A stretch of 64,000 bases of DNA, from the NCBI RefSeq assembly GCF_000181795.1, contig NW_003526943.1, positions 10,598,789-10,662,788 on the forward strand, written 5' to 3'. Of this stretch, positions 40,001 through 54,486 are shown in pieces. The number at the start of each line of letters is the position of its first letter. Position 1 is the stretch's first letter. Below the pieces are notes generated by a model. The model ran no database searches. It saw only the letters and a list, made by a program, of their open reading frames with translations, and had not been told where the DNA came from. This DNA comes from Trichinella spiralis (lineage: Eukaryota). The position numbers were made by a program, and so were the translations under genes.

Positions 40001-43000
40001 CAACGCCGACGTGGTCGACGTTCCCGCTTCCTCAACCATGGTCTGGTGCTGTTGGTCATCGTCATCTCCGGCCGCGGTCGACGACCCATCCAAGCCGGCT
40101 GACGTCATCAACTTCCGACTGGCGGCAACACGCCTGTGGAAACAGCCAACTCGTTTGGGAGACACGTCGGACGACTTGCATTTGGATGCGAACCGAACCG
40201 AACCGGCGGCACCGGTGCCACAACAACTCGTCGACTGACCCACACTGCAACAGCAACGTTCCCGCTGACCAGGGTCGACGATGTTCCACGAGCCGGCCAA
40301 GCCGAAGGAATCGGATTCACCGGCGCTCGGCGACGTCGGCCCGCTCTGCCTCCGCTGGTGGCACATCAAATTTTCCATCGTCTTTTCGCACAACCACTGC
40401 CTGAAGCCGGCTAACAAGCTACCAGGCTGCTGTGGACTGGTCGCCACGTTGTCAGGGTCGACCACGCATACGAATCGTGTGGGCACTTTCAAACGCACGC
40501 CGCACACGAACACATCCATCATCTTGGGAAGCTTGTCGGCGGTGGTCGTGGTGGTGCTGCTGCTGCTGTTCGCCTCTTTGAACGGCGACCCAGAGCCAAC
40601 GCCCGTCGTCGACTCGGCGCCACCACTATCCAACGAAGCGTAAAATCTGCACCAGTCCTTCCAAAGCTGCTGCTGAAATTGGCTTTCGCCAGGCTCCGAC
40701 GCTTTGTCCGGGTCGAAAACAAGCTCACCGCTCAACGACCACGGCGACAACAATACCGGCAGCTTGCGGTTTGCCAACATCAACTGACGACAAAGTCGAT
40801 AAACCGGCACATGCCTCTGCACGGATACCGTAACGCAAACATTATTTTCACCGTGAACAAAAAATGACAAAGAAAACGCAATCACATATCTGAAAATTTA
40901 ATAATCAAATGAATGAATAATGAAATAAATTTAAGAACAAAAGAGGAGAACTCAATCCTACTTTGGACGGTTGGATTTGTTTTTCGTCTTGGGATAATTC
41001 AGTGGATTTACATACCAGTTTCCGAATCGCAAAAAATTTGCATTTAATAATACCCTGCAAAATGGAAAATATATGCTAAGGAATGGATTTAAAACAAAAA
41101 TAAACACAAATTTGCCAACATTAAAGTATATTTACAATGAAGAACAAATTATTGCAATTATCAAAATACATTTTACAATGATTATTTGTCAACTGATTTT
41201 CTCACAATCTACAATTATCGTTATTAATTATATACGTAGTAGATGTACATTTCTTTGTTTAATCTTCAAGTACAGCTTTCAATTAAAAGTATGCATGAGA
41301 TGTTTCCAGCGATTATTAGCATTATTTTACACATTTCAAATGGAAATAAAAATTAAAAATTTGAATACACAGCAGCAAATTTGCAAAGTACTAAATATTT
41401 ATTTGATCACGCCTATCGTTGGTCTGTTTATTCAGCTGGTTGAAAAATTATTGATTAACAACGACAGTGATGTAAAATGATTGAAATGTGGCAAAGAATT
41501 TGAAACTGCCTTGCCATGAAGAATGTTCTTGCATTTTTCTCAAATCAAAGAAAAATTCAGCAACCGTTTTATTTATATTTTCGTAGACACCAGCTTTACC
41601 AGCTCAAAGATAAAAATGCCAGTTCATGCAGCTAGTAATTTCAACGAAAAAAATACAGAATACAAAATACCACCAACCGTGATTAACTAGACTGACAGCT
41701 TCGGATAATTTACATAACAGATTAGACAAAATTTCTGTTACTTTCACAAATTACTTCTCATTCAAGTTTACTTGAACGGCAGCAAATGGAAGAAAATTAA
41801 AATAATTTAACATCAATGCAACATCGGTTTCTGTTTAATGTTAAAAAATATGAAAATTTACCTGTCAATCTGATTGTGCAATGCTTTGAAAAGCATTGTA
41901 CGTGTTTCATATTCGACTCCTTTTTCCCAAGAACCTTCTTCGATTTCTAAAAAAATACATGATTTAATATATAATAATAATAATAATAACAAATATTAAT
42001 AATAACACTCACTTGTAAGACCTGTACAAAGTAAAGCCCAATCCGGCTCATCGCCGTACCAAAATATCCAAAGCTCTTTTTCGACAGCCAGACGCAAATC
42101 GACTCTGTTCGACGAGTGCACTGGTGGTGCACGTCTCCAGACGCACAAAAATCCCTGCGTAACGCAACGTCCATAACCGCACAGTACGGCATCATCGGGA
42201 ATATCAGCGTACACAATGGACGAATTGCTACAACACCAGCGGCACCACTTCAGCCCGTTTAATTCGGTCTAAATTCAATTTCATCCTCTATATATGCAGT
42301 ATTTTGTTTTTCCATACAGCTTATTGGATTTTTTGAATTTTAATTCAATTATAAACTTCTCACACGCATAGAAAATATTTTTAACACTGCTTAATCTGTT
42401 TAATATGTGAAATTATTCAATAAAATGAACCTTTTAACTTTTCTTCCTTCTTCATTCTTGAAATTACACTCTATCATTTCACAACATAAGCAATAGAAAA
42501 AAAAGACATATTCACAAATTATTTTACAACTTTGCCAACAAATAAAATTTCACAATTGGCCGTGCCACTTTTCACGTACGATGCAATCAATGCAACCAAC
42601 AATGTTGATTATTGCACAACAGTTAATGAAATGCTTTCAAAATTATTAAAATTTGAACAATTGAAGAAAAACAAAATAGGACGAAAACTACAATTTATTA
42701 TAAAAATTAATTCGCAAACAATTAAACAATCATACTCATTTCAGTTTATATATTAGAATCTCATTCATCATAATCCAACGTAAACAACAAATTACAAATT
42801 TATGAAAAATGTTCGTTTATTTTTGTTAAGAAAAAATAAATACATCAATAGAAGATCATCTGAGCATATTAAATGTCAAATTCAGCATGCAAAATATACA
42901 CACGGCTGCTGTTCATCATAAACATGAAAAATAAAAACATGCAAATTCCAACACAATTCAGAAAACAATTTACAGGTGCTTTTTCATGCATAGGTGGCTG

Positions 43001-45206
43001 GTGAAAAAATAATTATCAACAATAATAGGCAGTATGTTGCTATAAAAATCCCCGACGCGGCTAAATTTGCAAGCTCATTCATTCGAACAATTATTAATTG
43101 CACTGCACTAAGCAACACTGAACTCGATGATCTCGCAACGCCAAACACCGGAGAGATCAATAAAAATAAAAGCACAAGCAAATCTGATAAACCTTTGCAA
43201 AAAGAACATTAACGTTTTATAGCATTTTATTAATAATATGAAAAAAAATATTAAATTTAAAAACAGTACACAAATATAAACTGACAATCAGCTGTATTCA
43301 CAATAAAAAAGAAATTTTCATTTCAAACAAACAAACAAACAAACAAATGACCCAACGTCAGTATAGACGAGAGAACTGTTTACTTTGGAAGATTCGCGGA
43401 TTGAATTAAAAATTTTCAATTCTGCAATCATCCATCTCTTTGTAAACAATATTAATAATAAAAGGGAAATTTTTTCAACCGAAAAAAACAAACAAACAAA
43501 AAAACAATCTTCTAACGTACATTTATTTGCTTTTTTAGCAAACAAATCGCGAAGGTGGCCAGAAGATGTTGCAAATATGCAACAGCTAGAAGCGGATGAT
43601 TAAGCACTGAGTGAATCCACGAGACAAAAAAAAGCTGGCACACATACAATGAAAATATGCACTGCAGAAAACAACAACAACATTTTCGTCTATCAAAGTT
43701 GAAGGTGATCTTCATACTTTCTGTACTGTTTGTTTTGCACGAAATATTTTTTTTTAAAAAAAAAGCTACAACAACACGAAGATGCGTATTTGAATTTTTG
43801 TGATTGGATAACAATAATTGAATTAAAATTAAAATTAAAAAATAAACATTCATTTAAATTAAATAAAGTAATATTGAAATTAATTCGTTGTTCAATGACC
43901 CTCAAGGTATGAAGTCGAGCAAAAATGGCGCGTGATTGAGATGAGTGAAGAAAACAGGAAAATTGCACGCCAATACACCGCCATCACCATCACCACCACC
44001 ACCACCATCACCACCACTAATACTACTAGCGGGAAAATTGGAAAAGCATTATCTAAACAGGCCAGTGTGCAGGCAGTGCAGGTTGACGTGAAAAACGGGG
44101 TTACATGTGGCCAAGAACACACCGAAACGGCCGTTCGTTAATTTACCAAGAGAACGGCTTTAACGATCTGTCGTCAAGTTAAATTCAGTCTACTGTACAT
44201 TATTAATAAGTAAATAAATAAACATCAATAACGACGACATTAAAAACAACAACAAATTTAAATATTTCCACCCACTCACAGTACAGTGAAAATAATAATA
44301 ATAATAGCAATGATGATGATCAATTTCTTCCGGGATGAAAAAAAAAAACAAATATAAACTGATGATTGTAACATTGACAAACTTCCACCCAGAGAAGGAA
44401 AAGCAGAAAATACATTCAATAAACAATAATAACAAAGCAGACAAAGTTATCGATAAACTGGCACGTGATTACAATTAAAAAAAATTATTCAGACATTTGC
44501 GCTGACGACTGCTGAGACTCATCATAACTGACAGCAATCATTAAGCAGATGTACAGATGTCGTATAGAAAGCTGCTATATGGCTGAATCAAACCACCACA
44601 CACAGTGTTGTGTTCAAGCAAGAAGCGGTAAACAGATTTGAAAAATTTACACTTGCCCCATTGTAAAGCTCTCAACTATATTTCGCACCTATATTAGACG
44701 CACAATTTCTCCACATTCTACATTTGCATCAACAGATTAGACATAAAAGCATCAGAAACACGCGACACGATGTAGCTGTGATAAACAAATCACATGAAGA
44801 CAAGTTTACTACACTCGTGCCTGGTACAATTTGGAAGTCATCAAATTTTGATCACCAAGATCAAAAATGTTGCGCATTTTACTCATAAATTCAACGTTGA
44901 AATTTTTCAACACACCACTGCGAATATTGTAAAAGAATCATTTTCCTTTTCAATTCGACGGAACAAATTTCTACGCGAAAGCGGCAAAGTAAAATTGAAA
45001 CAAAATACAGCTGTATCGCCCACACAAATAACACATTCGAAGTAGACAAGTGGAAAATATTTTTTTAAAAAATTTCACAAATCAAAGACCACTTTATGCA
45101 CATTAGATAAATTAAATCAAAAACAATTACTTACAAGTACAAAAACGTTCGTATGGCAATCCTCCAGAGAAGCGCCATTGGTAGAATTTAAATTTACATG
45201 TGACAT
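34009..45206 (-). CDS. MED13: Mediator kinase-module subunit MED13 (let-19/skuld ortholog), multi-exon
   Basis: Exon 1 (45206-45135) [24 protein letters not shown], exon 2 [25 protein letters not shown], then [111 protein letters not shown] and [32 protein letters not shown]. Confidence 0.97.
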
Positions 45207-46176
45207 TTCACAGAGCAGACGTTTTCGAATGTGGAGAACTAAAGCACATCATAATCTCCACTTTCTTGCTAAAAACTTAATTAGCGACCATACGCAGGGC
45301 GAAATTCAGAGGCTTACCATAATAAATGACAATCAAGGTAACTCTACAAAACGGTTCAAAATGCAAAATTATTTTCAAATGTGAAATTCAAAATGCTCCA
45401 GAAATTAATGCACATATTTATATCCATTTATAATTTCGTACAATTATACGAACTGTGCGTTTGTTTTATTAACCTGTCACCTCTGACCTATTACAGAATA
45501 GATTACTGTAATATTTTGACCGTATGGTTTAAGTGATGAAATTATGACAGCATAAATGAATTTACTCATATTATTTGTGCAAAGTTTTTTTTTAATAAAA
45601 GTATTTATATTTTACGTTATCATATTTTCAATTTCATTCTTCTACCTACCTGTTCACGTAGACAAACAGTGCTACTTTAGCAGTAAATTATCATCAGTGT
45701 AACCTAATTAAATCGCTGGCAATTTTTATTCAATAAATAAAATATTTACACAATTGTTTGCATTATTTTTAACTTTTTTACTTTACGCAATGTTATCACG
45801 TGCTTGAAACAGTCTAAAATCAAATAACTTCAATTGACAGTAGGGAAAATTGCAACACAACGATAAATCAGTGATAACGATTAATATATCGATAAATATT
45901 CGCCAGATCGTACTGTAGAAGTTACCTTCACATAATTAAAAGTTGGAAGGGTGCTACGTCAGCTGCACAATTTCACTTTGTGTGAATTGCATTATCAAAA
46001 CGTCACACGGAATTTTTCAAAATCCACCCATTTTTTTTATTTTTTGCTTTTGTATTTTTTTCGTTACATTTTTTGAATATCGAGATGTTTAACCGTGAAA
46101 TTTAGCGCTTATTGCATTTTAATTGCATCGTGACAAATGTGAATTTTCAAAAAACATTACAGATAGTTTTTCGAAC

Positions 46177-48330
<2,154 letters not shown>

Positions 48331-48955
48331 AAAGCACCTACACTTCTTTTATTTAAATTAGCATAAATCTCGCTTGCATACCTCGTCATTAAAAGAATTG
48401 TGATTATTTTGGGTAGTGAAAATTTGGAAATTGAATGGCACTAGCTTGGCGAATTTGGTTGCAGTTAGATTAAGAGATTCAAGTTTTTCTATTTCAATTC
48501 ACGCTGTCAGGCAGTTCAATTTTCTAACCAAAGTGATTTTTCAGTCTGTCAAGCTTGCATTTCAATGATGAAAAATATAGAGTACGCTTACAGTGCAATA
48601 AGAATTATTCAATAAAATAATATTGGCATATAAATTTGTGTAACATTCATTTTTACAGTTATTCATTATGTGTTATTTATTTATATAATCGATAATTGAA
48701 GGGAAAAATCTTATTTACATTTTTTATGCAGCATGTTTGCTCACTAGATTAACAGAATGTTATTATTAATTATTATTATTCGTTAAACGCCAAAAATTTG
48801 TCGGATCGAACAATTACAATTGAAAAGAATTCATTTTTATTCTGATAAATAAATATCTACATGGCATAAATCATTCACCGGACTCTAATCTACTGTTATT
48901 TAAGCTGAATAATAATAATAATAATAATAGATTTCAAATTTTACCTTCCCAAAAT

Positions 48956-50893
48956 TCACAGGATAGAAGCAAAACCTTTTTCGACCAGATTCGAATTAAT
49001 TTCCAAAGAATCGTCGTCACTTTTTAAAACAACACTCATAAATGGCAGAAGAAATCCAAAGTCGGATTCGGCAAAATACTGCTGCTTGACAATGGCGTTG
49101 AATAATTTATCACGAAGTGCATTTTTCACATAATTGATCGTTCCATCAGTCCATTTTCCATCGTCACTGGATACCCCCAGACCGTCCAATTTGCAGTCGA
49201 TGCTCAAAGCCATCATCGATTCAAATTCCACCGGAAGTTGACGTACAAAACTGAAGCTAACGGTAACTATACAACCAAAGTCGATCAAACGAAACATCAC
49301 CCTGCTGCCTTCTAATTTTCCTACGCAAAGTCCACGATAACACGACGTACTTGCATTGCACGCATGCAGACCACAACGACAAAGCATTTCTCTGCACATA
49401 ACGGCATACAATTTTCCACAATAAATTTCATTCTAAATCCAAAAAAAATACTGATAATTAAAATCACCTAAATCAAAAAAATTAATAAATAAACCATAAA
49501 AACTGGATCCATATGGGCAACTGATTCAAACAGTGTCTGTGTCATACAACATCTTTCATTGTCAAAACTTCTCGGAAACAAAGAAAATAATGATGGAGTT
49601 TCAATGTGAAGAATAGAGGCTGGAAACTGAGTCTGAAAAGTGGCATAACATCGGATCTGCATTTCATATGGATGAATATAGTGGCCCAAATCGGCATATG
49701 AGAAAGTCTCTCTAAAACTGAAAACAACAAATATATATATATATATGCTCTGTTTAAAAAAAATTTAAATTTAATTTTAAAATCAATACTTCTTCATTTC
49801 CCTCAAAACACTAAATACATCCGATGGTCCCATTTTTTTAATGGTGGCCACGGTACTGTTGTCCGGAATCAAACTGAGTTGCCTAAAATACAAACTTTTT
49901 ATGTGTAACATCTTCAGCGTAAAGTAACATTAAAAAAACGACTGCTGTTCTTCTAGTTGTTCAATCGGATTAGTTTCAGTTTCAGTAATTGCTCTTTCAG
50001 ATGGTCTACTGGCCGCATTTGCATTCCTTTTCGGTGGTGCATAATCACAGCTGAAAATTAAAAACAAATAAATGATTAAAAATTTATTATAAAATTTTGA
50101 AATACCAATATTGGCTTCTCTTATAATAATCTTTACATCGTTCTCGGTTCACGATATTTTCCACTAATGAAGACTGTCCATCAGACTTCGCAATGTACAA
50201 CAGCGAACCTTCAACATCACTAAAAGAAATTTTTCAAACAAATAAACTGTCCTCAAAAAATGCACAACTGTCTACATGTACAAGATTTTTTGTAAAAGCA
50301 TTTCAATATTCTGTTTAAGTTCACTGTTCAATTTTAATCACCATCATCATCATCATCAATGCTACATACATTATTTAAAAAAATAAATCAAAATCATCCA
50401 TCGCTAAATTATAAATCTTAAATTTTATTTTCATTTTATACCATGCTTTTAATATAATCAAAATAAATTACAGAAAAAACGTTAACTCAGTTAAACAACA
50501 GTTGAGAACAAATTGTACTAATGAATTTCATATATTTACATAGACAAATTTTATTCCTTAATTAAAATTTTCAAAAATACACTAAAAAAAATAACAAACT
50601 AATAAAAAAAGGTATGCTTCAGTTGCATTATAACAATTTATATTATGATGACTGTTCATCTACTGCATTGTTTGAAATTTTTATGAAATAAAAATCTTAT
50701 ACCATTTTATCTGATATAAATTCGGTGCAGTAGCCATAAAATCTGTTAGTGACGTAAAACCATAATTTTCAAATGGAATATCGTATCCAGCAAAGTATTT
50801 AAATTCTGATGTCAATTCCTGTTCAGTCGCACCATTTAAAAATGTTTTCAATACTGCATATATTCTTCTGTGCAGCGAACTCGTATCACTCAT
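48956..50893 (-). CDS. LOTUS (OST-HTH) plus extended Tudor domain protein, TDRD5/Tejas/LOTR-1-like architecture, about 6 exons
   Basis: Exon 1 IYAVLKTFLNGATEQELTSEFKYFAGYDIPFENYGFTSLTDFM fits the LOTUS signature. Later exons: ASILHIETPSLFSL, GKLYAV, CYRGLC..VMFRLIDFG..VRQLPVEF..MALSIDCKLDG..WTDGTI..INSNLVEKGFA (Tudor-SN type). Confidence 0.85.
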
Positions 50894-52821
50894 TTTATCT
50901 AAAAAACAAACATAATATTCAACATTTTGTCAGTAAAAGTATAAATAAATTCACTTTAAAATATTGTCTATTCAGACTAGAAAATAAAGACGTTTATTTA
51001 AAGCTATATGGAAAATGACAAACATACAATTTCAACATGTAAATATGTCAGCATTACATACAACACAATCACGCTTTTAACAATTAAAATAAACATTATT
51101 TATTAAGAAAGATCATTTCAAAAAGATTAATAAAGATTAATTGAAAACAAATAATTAAATTCATTAAATTAAATTAAATTAAATTACATTACGTTACTTA
51201 CATTGCATATAATGAAATATATTACTGTATTTGTTTGATTTATGTAATACTATGTAATATATTAAATTTGAGAATAATGAAGCTAAATAAATAATATTTA
51301 AAATACTAATTCAGCTGGTCAGTTTATCTACAACAGATTACTACTGTCAAAAGAGAAAACAGCAAGCAAAGCAAGACAAAAAAACAATTAACAGCTACGA
51401 CTATTTGGGTTACTGTGACTACAAAAAATATAATTAAAGTTCATTTCACTGCGTAAAATCATTTCAAAAACATTTTTAATATTCAAAATATATTCAATTA
51501 TTACTTAAAAATAATTTAATTTCTGATGCATTTATTTAGTTGAATCAATTACAGATTAGTGTTTAATGCTTATTAAACATAATTATAAGTTGCATAATTT
51601 AGATTTCGTTTGAAAACTCTAAATTTTACAATTATTGCAGTGAAATTCATATAGCTAAAATAGTGTTTTGTCAAATAAATTGCACAATTTTTTCCATAAA
51701 TATCTGACTAAAAAACTTTTTCTACAGTATTTCTGTTGAACTTAAAAATCAAACAGTAGACATTCAAAAATTTCTGTTGTTCGATAAATTGATTCGCACA
51801 GTTTTAGCAAGTTCGACAATTGTATGTATGCAGTTGTGCTTACAATTGAGCATAAAATTCTCCATTATTTTCTATATTTGATTACAAAGTCGATCACTAT
51901 TCTTCTTTCGATCAGGATATTTTTTGATCGTTGTTATGGTAATTTTGAGCAATCCTTGTTTATTGATTTGATAAATTGCTTCTGCTTAAGCCAATACATC
52001 GCGATCATGCACAGAAAAGTATTAGAATGGAATTTTTTTTTATTTTAATATTTTTGCTTTTAAAATGACATGTAACCTGATTAATTCGTGTGTAGTATAA
52101 TTGGTGCTTTTGAAGCGTTTCTCGGAGAAACAGACCTGCGAATGGTGAGCAAATCTTTGTAGTTGTAGACAAAGCGGTCTGAAATCGACGTGCAAATTGA
52201 TTCGGCCAAAGCGGCAGTTTGCCTACGCCGACGGAACTCGATTCACAAGCAATCAGCAAAGTCAACAACACGCTGCACGCTTCTTTTCATAGGATTTCCA
52301 ACGAACAACAAGCACTGTATTACTCATGGCAAGCAATGAATGAGCAATTTTCAATTCAGCTATCACTATTCACTTCGTCTTTTTCGATTGTATTTTTCTT
52401 TGATGATTGATTTTTAAATATTATCCAGCCATTTCTGAATGATAATATAGTAATAATTGTTGTCGTTGTCGTTGTTGTCTGTACTTCTGGTTTGGTTGAG
52501 AAGAAATAACAAAGATGGAGACAATGTTAAAGAAAACGGAAACACTTGGCCCCGATGGTGTTGAATACTACTATTCTGACCCGGTTTACTTTTTTATTCG
52601 TCGTGTATACTTTTGGAAAAGCAGAGAGTGAAAGGCAAAGTAAACAACAGCCAAGGTTACACAAAAAAGATCTTGACAACTGATCGCCAGAGCATAAGGA
52701 CAGTATTGGGCAAACAGCAACAACGACAACAACACAACAGACGACAGTTGAGTTTCATCTTACCAATAAGCAAACGAATGAGCATGACACGAAGATTTTC
52801 TTTCTAAGTCGATATTGCCTG

Positions 52822-52897
52822 TTCGCCGACACACCTGAAACTTTGCTCACCTTGTCAAAATCTAAGGCTGAGACGAAAGTTCCAGGCGCCAGGCAAA
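52822..52897 (-). ncRNA. mir-87: microRNA precursor mir-87 (mature 3p 52850-52829; star 5p 52888-52865)
   Basis: Minus strand reads CGCCTGGAACTTTCGTCTCAGCCT-TAGATTTTGACAAG-GTGAGCAAAGTTTCAGGTGTGT. The 3' arm is the conserved miR-87 mature sequence, the arms pair, and the 5' arm resembles the nematode miR-87 star. Confidence 0.95.
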
Positions 52898-54364
52898 AGG
52901 CCTTCTTCCAAATAACAGCAATAAATACATTCTGGTCGAATAATATCAACTTCTCTCTTCTCGCTTGCATTAGCAAGTTTTTGAAAACGTTTCAATTGCT
53001 CATTCATTCCAGTCTCGCTTATCGACCTCAAGCCGAAAGCAGGATCAATTTTCCACACACACGGCAACATGCAATCCATCTGTTGAGCAAATTGAAAATC
53101 ACGCAACTGAGGAACATCATCCTAGTGAATAAAATCAAAAAAGCTGTTCACATTAATACACATGCATTGACGACAAATATTCAAATTGTATAAAACATAT
53201 TTCAAATATAATAAAAACTTTCTTTCAGAACTCAGATGTCACGTCCACAACAACATTCACTGGCTTTGGTTAGAAATGAGCAGAAATTTTCGCTTGGCAA
53301 CCAGTTGACAGAAGGTAAAGCGCGAGGGCGGCAGGTGTTGATTGGCCAACCAAGAGTTTTGTCAACCAATGAGAGTTGTTTGACAAAAAGGAAAAAAATT
53401 ATTGAAAAGAGGATTCAGACGTAGCGGTGCTAATGGCCGGTTGTCGATCGAAACGAAAATCGTTAACGGTTGATAAAATTAAAGCTGGAATAGCGCTCCA
53501 AGCGGCCTGCTGACGTCATTGTCGTCGTCGTTGCATATCCAGCTCTGAACATGAAGTTGAGGCGCTTTCTAGAAAACATAATGCACGCACACACACGTAC
53601 ACAAACACTCAAATATCACCGGAGACAAACAACAAGAAAACTCGTGCTTTTTTTTTGAAAATTTCTTATAATTTTTCGTTTCTTTACTTTCGAAACTGAA
53701 TGCTATGTGACGCGTGCTCGAACACATCTCAAAAGCTGGACTCGCCTTTCTGCGCAATGTCAATCAAACTGCATGAACAACCCACCACACCACACTTACT
53801 GCTTACTACTTACACTAGCTAGCAAAACAGCCGTGCCTAGCAACGCAGGGCGGCTAAAAATTTCATTTTGATCGATCTGATTCGTCAACGCTTTCCACAA
53901 CTTCTGAAAAATATATTATTCTATCCTCCATTACGACCACCGTCAATGTTCCTCTTTTACAGATCAACGATTAAGAGAATCATCAGAAATTCAAAGTTGA
54001 AAAGAACAAAAACTTCCAATTTAATCACTTCCAAAACAACAAATAATATGCACATCTATTATGCAAAAATATGTTCAGCAACAAACGAAATTCTCATCAC
54101 CAGACTTGTTAGACACTTTGGAAGAAATCATTATTACACTTACCAGTTCAAATGCAATAAAAAACTGAAAATATACAAAAGTTCTGTAATGGCCATTTGA
54201 AAGTGGATGAGAGAAAAGATAACATCAATTTATTTACTCATTTATTCATATAATTTAAATAAAAGTAAAGTTTACTAGTGACCAACAGATGATGAAAAAG
54301 AAACAGAGAAAAAGTGAATTTCAACTGAGAGACAAACTTTGGATTGAACCGATTGCGTTTGTGT

Positions 54365-54486
54365 AATCGACGGACGGAACGTCGATTGAGAAACAAACGC
54401 ATCACTTTATAATGGTAAATAGGTGGCGCTGACGTGCAACCAATCAGCGTTTACCGTCGGTTGCCAGGGGGCATTGCATCGGCAAC
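54365..54486 (-). promoter_or_regulatory. Putative promoter of the mir-87 primary transcript
   Basis: Minus-strand TATAAA at 54411-54406, preceded by a GC-rich cluster with TGACGT (54430), a CCAAT box (54440) and two CTCF-like cores. Downstream donor/acceptor pairs lead toward the hairpin. Confidence 0.45.

Noticed and set aside
35323..40867. Many alternative-frame and antisense ORFs inside MED13 exons
   Set aside because: By-products of GC-rich, triplet-repeat-rich coding sequence.
43318..43545. ORF containing CTLEDC, resembling the MED13 N-terminal SLEDC motif
   Set aside because: A much better first exon ([21 protein letters not shown]) lies at 45206-45135, so this is intronic coincidence.
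48433..48460. AATGGCACT, similar to the miR-228/263 5' end
   Set aside because: Similarity stops after the seed and no convincing fold-back is present; it is in the ECHS1 3'UTR.
52855..53106. 83-aa minus-strand ORF running into the mir-87 hairpin
   Set aside because: No recognisable homology and it overlaps the pre-miRNA; treated as non-coding host sequence, though a micropeptide cannot be excluded.
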